From contig OZ252093.1 of the NCBI GenBank assembly GCA_965248175.1, positions 2,681,108-2,745,107 on the forward strand: 64,000 bases of DNA, given 5' to 3'. Of the stretch, positions 48,235 to 57,863 are shown piece after piece. Below the pieces are notes generated by a model. That model had not been told where the DNA came from. It saw nothing but the letters and a program-made list of their open reading frames with translations, and did not search any database. The DNA is from Rhodothermales bacterium. Lineage in GTDB: Bacteria > Bacteroidota > Rhodothermia > Rhodothermales > VXPQ01. Each line of letters starts with the position of its first letter. The first letter of the stretch is position 1. Made by a program: the position numbers and the translations under genes.

Positions 48235-49527
48235 TCAAAGGCTTTGGGGCGGAACGTACGCAGCGCCGGTACGCGCCTCGGAAACCTGCTCCCGGTACTG
48301 CGAGGCCCGGAACGCGGCAATGGGGTCGATGGCGCCTCCAAGGCGTTTGCGGGCTGCCGCCGCCAGCGCGCTCACATCCGTTTCGTAGGCTTCCCGGAGC
48401 GTCTCCTCGGCCATCAGCACATCGTTCGTTTCCTGATAATGCGCCAGCGCATCGCGCCGCACGATCAACGCGCGGGCCCAGGATTTCTGCAGCCGGTCCA
48501 CCGTTTGCAGAAGCGCCTCGATCGGATCCTTCACGTTATGACTCTGGTCGATCATGCAGGAAGGATACGCGGGCAGGGCGCCGTCCGCAAGCGCATCCGC
48601 CAACTCGTTGAATACGAGAAACAACTGGTAGGGCTTGATGGACCCGGCCGTGAGGTCGTCGTCTCCGTACTTCGCATCGTTGAAATGGAACCCGCCCAGC
48701 CTGCCCGCCGTGATGAGGCGCGCCACCACCTGCTCGACATTCACATTCGGCAGATGGTGCCCCAGATCGACCAGACACGACGCCCGCTCCCCGGTCTCTC
48801 GCGCCAGCATGAGCGACGACCCCCAGTCGGCCACCACCGTGGCGTAGAACGCCGGCTCGAACGGCTTGTGTTCGATAAACAGGTTCCAGTCCGAAGGCAT
48901 CGCCTCGTACACGTCCGCCAGGCAATCCCGCACCCGCTCCCAGGCCTTGCGCAGGTGCATCTGTCCGGGATAATTGGCCCCGTCGCCAAGCCAGATCGTC
49001 AGCGCTTTCGAACCCAGCGCAGCGCCCACTTCGACCACATGCACATTGTGCGCCACCGCCTGCTTGCGCACTGCGGCGTCCGTGTGCCGGAACGATCCGA
49101 ACTTGTAGCTGGACGCCTGGCCGGCCTGATCCTGAAACGTGTTCGAATTGACCGCATCGAACCCCACCCCAAGAGCGGCGGCCTGTTCGCGCAGGGCCTC
49201 GGGGTCGTCGGGTTCGTCCCAGGGAATATGGAGCGATATCCGCGAAGCCGCACCGGTGAGCCGGCGCACGACGGACACATCCTGCATCTTTTCAAATATG
49301 TCGCGGGGCTCGCCCCGGCCCGGAAAACGCCCAAACCGCGTGCCGCCGGTCCCCAGCGCCCACGAAGGCACAGCCACCTCAAAGGCGGCTACCTGCTCCA
49401 CTACCGCATCGGTATCCAGGCCGCGGCGGCGCAATTGCTCGTCGAGATGCGCATAGTCGCTGCGCCAGGCTTCGTCAGCTTCCTCATATTCCCGATTCGA
49501 AGCGTCGATCGTATCCGGGTTCATCAT
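48235..49527 (-). CDS. rhaI: L-rhamnose isomerase (RhaI type)
   Basis: PSWALGTGGTRF, SLHIPWD, NSNTFQDQ, WLGDGANYPG, EHKPFEP, VDLGHH, FHFNDAKYGDDDL. Confidence 0.92.
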   Translation of the reverse strand: MMNPDTIDASNREYEEADEAWRSDYAHLDEQLRRRGLDTDAVVEQVAAFEVAVPSWALGTGGTRFGRFPGRGEPRDIFEKMQDVSVVRRLTGAASRISLHIPWDEPDDPEALREQAAALGVGFDAVNSNTFQDQAGQASSYKFGSFRHTDAAVRKQAVAHNVHVVEVGAALGSKALTIWLGDGANYPGQMHLRKAWERVRDCLADVYEAMPSDWNLFIEHKPFEPAFYATVVADWGSSLMLARETGERASCLVDLGHHLPNVNVEQVVARLITAGRLGGFHFNDAKYGDDDLTAGSIKPYQLFLVFNELADALADGALPAYPSCMIDQSHNVKDPIEALLQTVDRLQKSWARALIVRRDALAHYQETNDVLMAEETLREAYETDVSALAAAARKRLGGAIDPIAAFRASQYREQVSEARTGAAYVPPQSL

Positions 49528-49601
49528 GGCGTTAGAGCAATACGGGGTATGGAATACGGATTCGGCGACACGGCGCACAGCGTATCCCGGCCGGGCCGCT
49601 A

Positions 49602-49778
49602 TCAGGAGGAACCGGCACGATCCATCCAGAACGAAGATGTCGCAAACCAGAGTACGGCGCCAACCAGCATGAGCACCGTATGCGTGCGCCAGGACCATAC
49701 GCCCGCAAGCACCAGTACAGCCGGAACGATCGTCAGGGCAAGGCCGCCGTACGACAGTATTTTCAACACGGTGGTCAT
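49602..49778 (-). CDS. Small two-helix membrane protein (58 aa)
   Basis: MTTVLKILSYGGLALTIVPAVLVLAG...LMLVGAVLWFATSSFW; co-directional between permease and rhaI. Confidence 0.65.
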   Translation of the reverse strand: MTTVLKILSYGGLALTIVPAVLVLAGVWSWRTHTVLMLVGAVLWFATSSFWMDRAGSS

Positions 49779-49848
49779 CGGTGCATAATCTCGTACATGG
49801 CTGCGAATAACTGTACAGTGAGACGACGGGCGCGAAGCGGCGGAACCG

Positions 49849-51264
49849 TTACGGATGCGTGGCAAGGGGCGCCCGGTCCGATCGTTGCCGGATCACGCTA
49901 AGCCCTATAAAGAGACCCGTCGCAATGAACCAGCCGGGCAGGCCCAGAAAAAATATATCCCATCCCCAGATCACATGCATCAACCGGCATGCGCCCAGCG
50001 TCCCTATCCACGCCAGGGCAGCGGGCCAATCGAAAGCGATCTGTTTCCAGCCGGCGTACCCCGAGCGCAGCCCCATCTTCGGCAAAATCCAGAAATCGGC
50101 GAAAATCACCGCCCCCATCGGCATCAGAATGAGCCCGTAGAGCGCCACGAAGTCAAGCAGGCGCATCATCAGCGCGGGAAACAGCGCCGCCACGGTCGTA
50201 ACGCCCCCCACCGCAAGGGTCACCTTCCAGCGCTTCCAGTTCGGGGTGATGGTCTGCATGGCAAGGCCGGCGCGGTAAATCGTCGGATTCGCCGTAGCCC
50301 ACCCGGCCAGCACCACGGCAATCAACCCGGCGACCCCGGCTCCGAGCCACGCAATCGGGCCGGGCGCCACTTCGCCCCCCTGCTGAATGGCCAGAGCCAC
50401 CAGCACGCCCGACGCCACCCAGGCCATGTAATGCCCGAGATACATCCCGAAGGCGCTGGCGAACCCGTACTGCCATTTTTTGGCGTACCGCAAAATGGTC
50501 AGGTCCGCCATGCCTATGTGCATGGCCATGTTCGCAAACCAGGCGAAAAACGTTACGTGCCAGAAGGTAAACCGGATCCGGCCTTCCACCGGCATGCCCG
50601 TCCATATTTTTTCGTTCGCCACGGTGCGCAGATCCTCGAACGATCGCACGCCCAGCTCCGGCAGCACGGCAAGCCCCGAAGCCAGAAACACGAGCAGCAG
50701 CCACGGCGATGCGATCTTCGAAAACCGGGCGATTTTGTCGAACCCGAGCACGGCGAGCACGGTCACCACGCTCCCGACCACAAGCACCGTTACCACCCAC
50801 GCCGCACTGTTGGGATAGAGGTCATTCAGACCCGGCATGGGCATATCGAACGGAATGCCCACCGCCGTGGCCGCCACGGAAATCATCGCCCCCGCCAGAA
50901 AACAAAACATCAGGGCGTTGACGATATTGTACACGAAAAGCAGGTTGGGACCGGTAATCTTCCGCAGGCGCCAATACAGATTCAGCCGGGTCCTCGTGGC
51001 GATGGGCGCACACAGAAAAGCCCACGACAGCACGGCCAGCAAATTGCCCACAAGCAGGCCAAGCAGCAGATCGCCCGTCGCTACGCCATGCGCCACGAAA
51101 AGCGGACCGATCACGAATTCGGTGCCCGCGACATGCTCGCCCGCATACAACCCGATGAACCCGCCCGGCCCCCTCAGGCGGTCCTCGGAGACCGGCTCCC
51201 GGTCGAACTCGTTGATCGCATCGAGGCGGGAGGCCAGGGCGCTTTTTCGGGAAGAACCCGTCAT
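49849..51264 (-). CDS. Purine/cytosine permease-like (NCS1/APC fold) transporter
   Basis: About 12 hydrophobic segments; NEFDREPV, YAGEHVAGTEFVIGP, AGWATANPTIYRAG. Confidence 0.75.
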   Translation of the reverse strand: MTGSSRKSALASRLDAINEFDREPVSEDRLRGPGGFIGLYAGEHVAGTEFVIGPLFVAHGVATGDLLLGLLVGNLLAVLSWAFLCAPIATRTRLNLYWRLRKITGPNLLFVYNIVNALMFCFLAGAMISVAATAVGIPFDMPMPGLNDLYPNSAAWVVTVLVVGSVVTVLAVLGFDKIARFSKIASPWLLLVFLASGLAVLPELGVRSFEDLRTVANEKIWTGMPVEGRIRFTFWHVTFFAWFANMAMHIGMADLTILRYAKKWQYGFASAFGMYLGHYMAWVASGVLVALAIQQGGEVAPGPIAWLGAGVAGLIAVVLAGWATANPTIYRAGLAMQTITPNWKRWKVTLAVGGVTTVAALFPALMMRLLDFVALYGLILMPMGAVIFADFWILPKMGLRSGYAGWKQIAFDWPAALAWIGTLGACRLMHVIWGWDIFFLGLPGWFIATGLFIGLSVIRQRSDRAPLATHP

Positions 51265-51350
51265 GGAACATGCAGAGGAATGGTGCGGGCGAATCACGGG
51301 AGGAAGATTACAAAAGCACATCGCAAAAACCCGGCAAGCGGCCTCTCCCG

Positions 51351-51393
51351 AAAATACGACATGCCCAAAATACAACATGCCCAAAATACAACA
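51351..51393. repeat. 16-bp tandem direct repeat AAAATAC[AG]ACATGCCC (about 2.7 copies) upstream of the rha operon
   Basis: Units start at 51351, 51367, 51383. Confidence 0.8.
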
Positions 51394-51532
51394 CTGAGCC
51401 GCAGATTTCGTAACGGCATTCCTAACATACTTTTTACTTGATATTACCACTCCGTACACAGCATTTCGACAGAATGCGCCTGTGCGATTCCCTGACGAGC
51501 GCAGGGCTAAAAAAGGGAATTATAAGGAATTG

Positions 51533-51561
51533 TTGACAAGAAGGAATAAATATCGTATTAT
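51533..51561 (+). promoter_or_regulatory. Sigma70-type promoter of the IS1595 transposase
   Basis: TTGACA-17 nt-TATTAT; -35 overlaps the left IR. Confidence 0.7.
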
Positions 51562-51587
51562 TACAGGTGCACAAAATGGAGACCGTC

Positions 51588-52530
51588 ATGGCACATGTAG
51601 CACCTGGAAAAGCGCACCGCAGCGGCATTACCCTGATGCAACTGGCCGATATGTTTCCCGACGAGGAAGCGGCCCGCAAGTGGTTCGAATCTCGTATCTG
51701 GCCGGACGGTCGCCATTGCCCGCGCTGCAAGGGAACACGCACCCGCGAAGCGTCTCATCATTGCATGCCCTACTGGTGCACCGACTGCCGCAAGTACTTT
51801 TCCGTCAAGGTCGGAACGGTCATGGAGGGGTCGAATCTGTCGCTCCGCAAATGGGCGTATGCGATTTACCTGCATACGACAAATCTGAAAGGCGTTTCCT
51901 CGATGAAACTGCATCGGGATATCGGGATCGCGCAGAACTCGGCGTGGCACCTGCTCCAACGCATCCGCAAGGCGTTCGAGGGCGCCGATAACGACCTGTT
52001 CGGCGGCCCCGTTGAAGTCGATGAGACGTACGTAGGGGGCACGGAATCGAACAAGCACGAATCGAAGAAACTCCACGCTGGCCGGGGAACTGTAGGCAAG
52101 ACCGCCGTTGTCGGAGCAAAGGATCGGGCCACTGGCAAGATCAAGGCGGAAGTCGTGCAGAATACGACAAGCCGGACGTTGCAAGGCTTCGTTCTGGACA
52201 ACGCCGAATTGGGTGCGGTCGTCTACACGGACGACAACAAGGCATACGCGGGTCTGCCGGTACATCTACGACCTTGCGAGCGTCCAGCACTCGGTAGGCG
52301 AATACGTACGCGGCATGGCGCACACCAACGGCATAGAATCGTTCTGGGCAACCCTCAAACGAGCACACAAGGGCGTATACCACAAGATGAGCCGCAAGCA
52401 CCTTCACCGCTATGTGGCGGATTTCTCAGGCCGCCACGGATTGCGCGAACTCGACACGCTGGAACAGATGGGCCTTGTCGCCTGCGCAATGGTGGGCAAG
52501 CGGCTCCGGTACAGAACGCTGGTGGCTTAA
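51588..52530 (+). pseudogene. IS1595 transposase, frameshifted near 52260
   Basis: CPRC/CTDC zinc ribbon, EVDETYVGG, VYTDD in one frame; HSVGEYV...HTNGIESFW...GKRLRY in another. Confidence 0.9.
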
Positions 52531-52839
52531 TCCGGCACGGACCGCAAGCCCGCGCCATGCGATAGGCCCGCAGCGTCGATGATTGCGTACACCGCAGGGG
52601 ATATCTCGCCATGCCAGGCAAGGTCTACGTCAGAGAGTGTCCACGTATCCTTAAAGGCGGCCTCTGAACCTATTGGGGCGGAATAGTTGCGGTTAGAGTT
52701 GAACGGCGGGTCGAGGTAGATGAGATCGACCGAGGCGGAGTTCATGCCCCTCATTACGTCCAGATTGTCGCCCGTCCACAGGGTCCGGTTTGCCCAATTC
52801 GGCCCGGTTGTTGCCGTGTGTGTGTGTGTGTGTGTGCAT
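52527..52839 (-). pseudogene. 5' fragment of an N6A/N4C DNA methyltransferase
   Basis: NWANRTLWTGDNLDVMRGMNSASVDLIYLDPPFNSNRNY; no FxGxG motif before the stop. Confidence 0.85.
52816..52836. repeat. (GT)10G dinucleotide tract directly after the candidate MTase ATG
   Basis: 21-nt tract; minus-strand ATG at 52839-52837. Confidence 0.9.
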
Positions 52840-53052
52840 CGTATACCTATAAAGCCCTATACTGCAGGGGCCTGTATACGAGGAAGATCGCAGGCCGTCA
52901 ACAATTCCTTATAATTCCCCTAAAAAACGCTGCCCCTACAGTTACGCAAGGCAACGCGATTCGGACCCGACAACCGAAACAGTAAGGACAATAATATTAT
53001 GTAAGTACTATGCGGCACCTATGCCAACGGTAAACGATATTTCGTTTCCATT

Positions 53053-54380
53053 GGCGGTGTCCTGAAAACTGTGTAAGTGGTCATTCGTACATATAGTTTC
53101 ACAGGGAGGTGAAGCCGATGACCGAACTTACAGCCAGACAGCAGGCTCTTCTGGACGAATTGCTAAAGGATTTCAAGGGAGACGCCCGGGAGCTTTTCGG
53201 AGAGGGCGGTTTGCTCAAGACGATAGGCAAGCGGGCTCTCGAGGCGGCTCTGGAGGGTGAGATGACACACCATCTTGGTTATCCCCCGCACAATCCGTCT
53301 GGCCGCAAGAGCGGCAATTCCCGCAACGGACGCAGTACGAAGCGCCTTGAGAGCGAATCGGGTTCTTTCGATCTGGAGGTTCCTCGGGACCGCAACGGCA
53401 GTTTCGAGCCGAAGATCGTAGAGAAGCGCCAGCGCCGCGTAGCGGGTCTTGACGATGTGATCGTGTATCTGTACGCGCAAGGGCAGAGCACGCGCACGAT
53501 CCAGCAGACGCTGAAGCGTCTCTACGGGGCGGAGGTGTCCTCGACGCTTATATCGGAGGTGACTTCAAGCGTTCTGGAGCAGGTGAACGCCTGGCAGGCC
53601 CGTCCGCTCGAGAGCGTCTATCCGATCGTGTACTTCGACGCGCTGTTCGTGAAGTCACGCGAGGAGGGTGCGGCGAAGACGCGTGCGGTCTACGTGGCAT
53701 TGGCGATAGACATGCAGGGGGAAAAGCAGGTGCTCGGTCTTTGGATCGCTCCGACGGAGGGGGCCGTTTCGTGGTTGAATATTTTCTCGGAGTTGCAGGC
53801 TCGCGGCATGCAGGATTGCTTCATTGCCTGCGTCGACGGCTTGAAGGGTCTTCCAGAGGCTATAGAGACGATCTATCCTCGCGCTCGGGTGCAGTTGTGC
53901 ATCGTGCACCAGGTTCGCAAGAGCCTGCGGTATGTTCCGTGGAAGGAGCGCAAGCAGGTAGCAGCCGGTTTGCGTGCGATCTACGCCGCTCCGAGCGAGG
54001 AGACGGCCCTTTCGGCGCTCGATACGTTCGAGGCGGCCTGGAGCGAGAAGTATGCGGCGATCGCGCCGCTGTGGAGGAAGCACTGGGCAAGGCTGGCGCC
54101 TTTCTTCGATTACCCTCCGGCGATCCGCAAGGCGGTCTACACGACGAACGCGGTCGAATCGCTGAACTACAGCCTTCGCAGGATCGTCAAGGACAAGGGC
54201 GCTTTCCCGAACGACGAGGCGATCTCCGAACTGCTATGGCTCGGCCTGCGGGAAGCCTCGAAAAAGTGGAAGCGACCTATACGCGACTGGAAGGCCGCAC
54301 TCAACCAGTTCGTCATACTTTACGGGGACCGTGTCCCTATTGAACAATAATCCCGCTTACACAGTTTAGCGGACACGCCC
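53053..54380 (+). mobile_element. IS256-family element
   Basis: Imperfect IRs GGCGGTGTCCTGAAAACTGTGTAAG / CTTACACAGTTTAGCGGACACGCCC; no flanking DR seen. Confidence 0.9.
53109..54350 (+). CDS. IS256 (Mutator-like) transposase
   Basis: GNSRNG, VPRDRNGSFEP, YPIVYFDAL, CVDGLKG, QLCIVHQVR, YTTNAVESLN. Confidence 0.95.
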   Translation: MKPMTELTARQQALLDELLKDFKGDARELFGEGGLLKTIGKRALEAALEGEMTHHLGYPPHNPSGRKSGNSRNGRSTKRLESESGSFDLEVPRDRNGSFEPKIVEKRQRRVAGLDDVIVYLYAQGQSTRTIQQTLKRLYGAEVSSTLISEVTSSVLEQVNAWQARPLESVYPIVYFDALFVKSREEGAAKTRAVYVALAIDMQGEKQVLGLWIAPTEGAVSWLNIFSELQARGMQDCFIACVDGLKGLPEAIETIYPRARVQLCIVHQVRKSLRYVPWKERKQVAAGLRAIYAAPSEETALSALDTFEAAWSEKYAAIAPLWRKHWARLAPFFDYPPAIRKAVYTTNAVESLNYSLRRIVKDKGAFPNDEAISELLWLGLREASKKWKRPIRDWKAALNQFVILYGDRVPIEQ

Positions 54381-54492
54381 TTCTTGTCATCACCGACAAG
54401 GCCGCATAGTCTACAACGCAACCGGTCGCGGTCGCATTTTTCGCTATGCGTGATGCGCCGGTTATCCTGATTTCCGGAACTGCCTGTTCCGT

Positions 54493-55284
54493 ATGATACT
54501 CAGCGCTACGCATCGTTACCTCGAACGGCTCGTTCGCTATTTTGAGCGGCCGTCCTTTATCGACAGGGACCCCATCTCCATCCCTCACGGATTCGACGAT
54601 CCGCGCGATCGGGAGGTCATCGGCCTGTATGCCGCTCTGCTCGCCTGGGGCCGCCGGGAAACCGTGCTGGCGAAGATGAACGATCTCTGCGAGCGCATGC
54701 GTTTTCGCCCCTATGCATTCGTCCGTGGATTTGATGGAGGGCGAGACGCCGACCGGCTGTACGAATTCAAGCACCGGACATTCCAGCCGGAGGACCTTTT
54801 CTGGTTCACGCACAACCTCGGTATCCTGCTGCGCCGGTACGAAACGATGGAGGATCTCTTTGCGCGGCATGTGCCGGCCTCCGCTCCCAATGTTGGCCCC
54901 GCCATACAGGGATTCAGCGAAGCGGTCCTGTCCGCTCATCCGGATACCCCGCCGCGCCTGCGCAAACACCTTGCGCGCCCGGCGACAGGAAGCGCCTGTA
55001 AGCGGCTGAATATGTACCTGCGGTGGATGGTGCGGCCCGGTCCTGTGGACATGAACCTGTGGCAACGCATCGCGCCGAAGCAACTCATGCTCCCGCTGGA
55101 TGTGCATTCGGGGCGGGAGGCCCGTCGCCTGGGTATGCTCACCCGCAAGAGCAACGACTGGAAAGCCTGTATCGAGTTGACGGAAAATTGTCGGCGCCTG
55201 TGTGCGCAGGATCCTGCGCGTTACGATTTCGCTTTCTTCGGCGTAGGAGCTTACGGCCCGCCCGATTTCGGCGAAACCGATTGA
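54493..55284 (+). CDS. TIGR02757 / DUF2400 family protein
   Basis: FIDRDPISIPH, LAWGRR, SACKRLNMYLRWMVR, PLDVHSGR, DPARYDFAFFG. Confidence 0.85.
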   Translation: MILSATHRYLERLVRYFERPSFIDRDPISIPHGFDDPRDREVIGLYAALLAWGRRETVLAKMNDLCERMRFRPYAFVRGFDGGRDADRLYEFKHRTFQPEDLFWFTHNLGILLRRYETMEDLFARHVPASAPNVGPAIQGFSEAVLSAHPDTPPRLRKHLARPATGSACKRLNMYLRWMVRPGPVDMNLWQRIAPKQLMLPLDVHSGREARRLGMLTRKSNDWKACIELTENCRRLCAQDPARYDFAFFGVGAYGPPDFGETD

Positions 55285-55424
55285 CCGAGCGCGTCTGCTC
55301 ACACAGGTATGCGGACACACCCCAACGCTTCTGTGAGAGGTTTATCCTTCCAGGAGTATCTGGCGGCGAGAGGTCACCGTGCTTGCCCGCTGGCTTCTGG
55401 CGGCGAGCATTTCAGCCAATCCTG

Positions 55425-55470
55425 CAAAATATACAAGGCCCCCGCCTGCCGAAAGGCAACGGGGGCCTTG
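55425..55470 (-). terminator. Hairpin terminator between convergent genes
   Basis: CAAGGCCCCCG..TGCC-GAAA-GGCA.CGGGGGCCTTG followed on the minus strand by TATATTTT. Confidence 0.65.
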
Positions 55471-55511
55471 CTTGAGCCATAAGCCGAGAGGTGATAACTC
55501 TCTCTTGTCGC

Positions 55512-57863
55512 TTATTTGACAAGAACCATTGTGCGCGTAATTGTCTTGTCTGCCGCCACGAGGCGGTACACGTAGGCACCGTTCGGCAAGTGGTTCGCAC
55601 CGAAACGCACCGTGTGGCGACCTGCGACCTGCGGACCGTCAAGCAACACATCCACTTCGCGACCAAGCATGTCGTACACGATCAGGCTCACGTCGCCCGC
55701 CTGCGGCAAAGCGTAGTCGATGGTCGTCTGCGGGTTGAACGGATTCGGATAGTTCTGCGAGAGCTCGACTTCCTTCGGCAGTTCCTCGTCTTCCGTGCCA
55801 GTTATAACGCCTTCGCATGGAGCACTCATATCCACGCCATCACAAGACACAACCGTGATCATCACCGTAGCCGATTCCTCGTTACGTTCACGGTCTGTTG
55901 CCCATATCGTCACTTCCGCTGAGTTAGCACCGACAGGAATGACCGTCAGCGTAGCCTTGTACGGATCCAACATGATACGCATAGCCGACGTGTACACGTC
56001 GTTATCCGTGCTCAGGTTATCGTAGCGATGATCGGCTACCACGTTCGCTAGCGGCATTTTCAACAACAGCCCACCCGGAAGGGCATCGCTTGCGCTGGCA
56101 TTCGGATCGATGAAAAGGGGCACATAGTCCTTTACTCCCTCCGCGTTCGTCAGATTTATCAGCTTCCAGGTCGTCGGATCGTCGCCCGTCTTCAGCACGA
56201 TGCCGGCGTCAAGGATGGGCTGCGCGTCCGGATTGACGATCAGCATCGTGGCGCTCTTGACCGTTACTTCGAAGTCCTGCGAATTGGTTTCTTCATCGCT
56301 ATTTTCGGCCGTGACCGTAACCATAGTGGATTTGTCATCCATCCGCCATATCGGCTCAATCGTTATAACGGATCCATCAACACTTACTTCAATGATGTCA
56401 TCATCCTTCGCTGTAGCCGAATACGTCAGTCCCTTTCCGGCAGGATCTCCGAACGCAGCCGGTTCCCCGGCGTCATCGCCGTTCAAATCCTCCAGATCCA
56501 CCGTGATGATGCTATCGACGTCGGAAACCAATGTCGCCCCGTCAGGAAGAATATCCTCAGCTAAGGTCGGCGTAGTCCTGCTGATGATCCTCACCTCGAA
56601 AGAATCCGATACGGATTGAGAATTCGGATACGTCGGATCACCGGGATTCACGGTAATACTAGGATCAGCATCATTCACACAGCTAGAGGTTTCCGTCACA
56701 GGATCGTCGATCGTCGTATGCCCGGTAGGGCACGCGTACAGCGGAACTCCCTTATCCGTGGCTGTCACCGTAAAGGAGGTACTGCCCGACCCAAGCGGAC
56801 GGATGCTCAAGGTCTGCTCGGTCGCTCTCAGGTCGACCGTCGCCACCATGATATCCGTAACCCACACAAACTCGTCGGTTGAGGCGCCTGATACTTTCGT
56901 CGCATCCTGGTCACTGATATCGATTGACAAGTCCAGCGTACGAGCAGGAGTGCCAAGATCGTCATCCGCGAATCCGGCGCCCAGACTCTCAACCTCGAGG
57001 TCGCTAATAGCATTTTGTCGCCACTGCATGTCTTCAAGCTCCGTCATGACATAAGGCCTGGTAGCTGTACCTACCGTCACCTGAATCCGCTTTCTGGCGT
57101 ATTCGCCGGCGCCATCCGTCGCAGTCACCCAAACATCGGTCACGTCGCCTATCGTCGCCTTGTTGGTAAGCGCAATCGTCAGGTCATTGTCGATTTCCGT
57201 CGCGGTTACGATATCTTCACCATCAGACCCATCAGCCGCTCCTCTACCAACACTATCCGCCTGGGGGTCATAGGTAAGGTAAATATCATTCGGGTCGCTG
57301 AACCATGCAAGCAAGTCGTACTCTGCGGACGCGTCATCCCTCGGGATCAGTTCAAGAGTCACCATATCGCTCTGCACTTCCGTATTGCTCGCAGTCCCCA
57401 CAAGCCTGGGCGCATTGGCCGACATGATTGCGAACTCGATGGTGGTGGCAGCATTGGTCAGGTCTCCCGTATAAGCGGCATCCAGCGTGATCTTGAATGC
57501 GCCCGTCGCAATCGGGGTGACCAGCAAGCCACTGGCTTGAACGGTGACCAAGGCAAGGGGGTCGACGAGAAACGTATTCACGAGGCCGCCCGTGGTAGGA
57601 TCCTGCACGGCGTCCGCACCCCCGATCTGGTAGTGATGCACGCGTTGGCTGTTGGGATCAACGGTTATCGACCTGTCTCCAATGCGGAGGATATGGTCCT
57701 GCGCCATTGCGGACCCCACACCCAGGAAGCTCGCCATTAACAGGCAAGCCGCAAAGCGGCCGGTGAAAGCGATACCACTTGCGGAAGACCGCAAGCGGTT
57801 CCGGGTCCGTACCTCGGCACGAGTGCGGTTGATCGCATTGAATTTCTGAAGCAAGAACGTCAT
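55512..57863 (-). CDS. Acidic surface protein with Ig/cadherin-like repeats and T9SS type A CTD
   Basis: Signal peptide ending AMAQD; VTATD motifs; ELSQNYPNPFNPQTTIDY...YDMLGREV...GAYVYRL...TMVLVK. Confidence 0.85.
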   Translation of the reverse strand: MTFLLQKFNAINRTRAEVRTRNRLRSSASGIAFTGRFAACLLMASFLGVGSAMAQDHILRIGDRSITVDPNSQRVHHYQIGGADAVQDPTTGGLVNTFLVDPLALVTVQASGLLVTPIATGAFKITLDAAYTGDLTNAATTIEFAIMSANAPRLVGTASNTEVQSDMVTLELIPRDDASAEYDLLAWFSDPNDIYLTYDPQADSVGRGAADGSDGEDIVTATEIDNDLTIALTNKATIGDVTDVWVTATDGAGEYARKRIQVTVGTATRPYVMTELEDMQWRQNAISDLEVESLGAGFADDDLGTPARTLDLSIDISDQDATKVSGASTDEFVWVTDIMVATVDLRATEQTLSIRPLGSGSTSFTVTATDKGVPLYACPTGHTTIDDPVTETSSCVNDADPSITVNPGDPTYPNSQSVSDSFEVRIISRTTPTLAEDILPDGATLVSDVDSIITVDLEDLNGDDAGEPAAFGDPAGKGLTYSATAKDDDIIEVSVDGSVITIEPIWRMDDKSTMVTVTAENSDEETNSQDFEVTVKSATMLIVNPDAQPILDAGIVLKTGDDPTTWKLINLTNAEGVKDYVPLFIDPNASASDALPGGLLLKMPLANVVADHRYDNLSTDNDVYTSAMRIMLDPYKATLTVIPVGANSAEVTIWATDRERNEESATVMITVVSCDGVDMSAPCEGVITGTEDEELPKEVELSQNYPNPFNPQTTIDYALPQAGDVSLIVYDMLGREVDVLLDGPQVAGRHTVRFGANHLPNGAYVYRLVAADKTITRTMVLVK

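Larger units (their letters stand above)
51515..52919 (+). mobile_element. IS1595-family element with passenger DNA-methyltransferase fragment
   Basis: Perfect 23-bp IRs GGGAATTATAAGGAATTGTTGAC (51515-51537 / 52897-52919); 8-bp DR CTAAAAAA at 51507-51514 and 52920-52927. Confidence 0.95.

Noticed and set aside
42539-51441. Long plus-strand ORFs 42539..44422, 48049..49788 and 49855..51441
   Set aside because: Antisense shadows of rhaD, rhaI and the permease.
52527-52839. Functional restriction-modification system
   Set aside because: MTase lacks the SAM-binding half and no endonuclease gene is adjacent.
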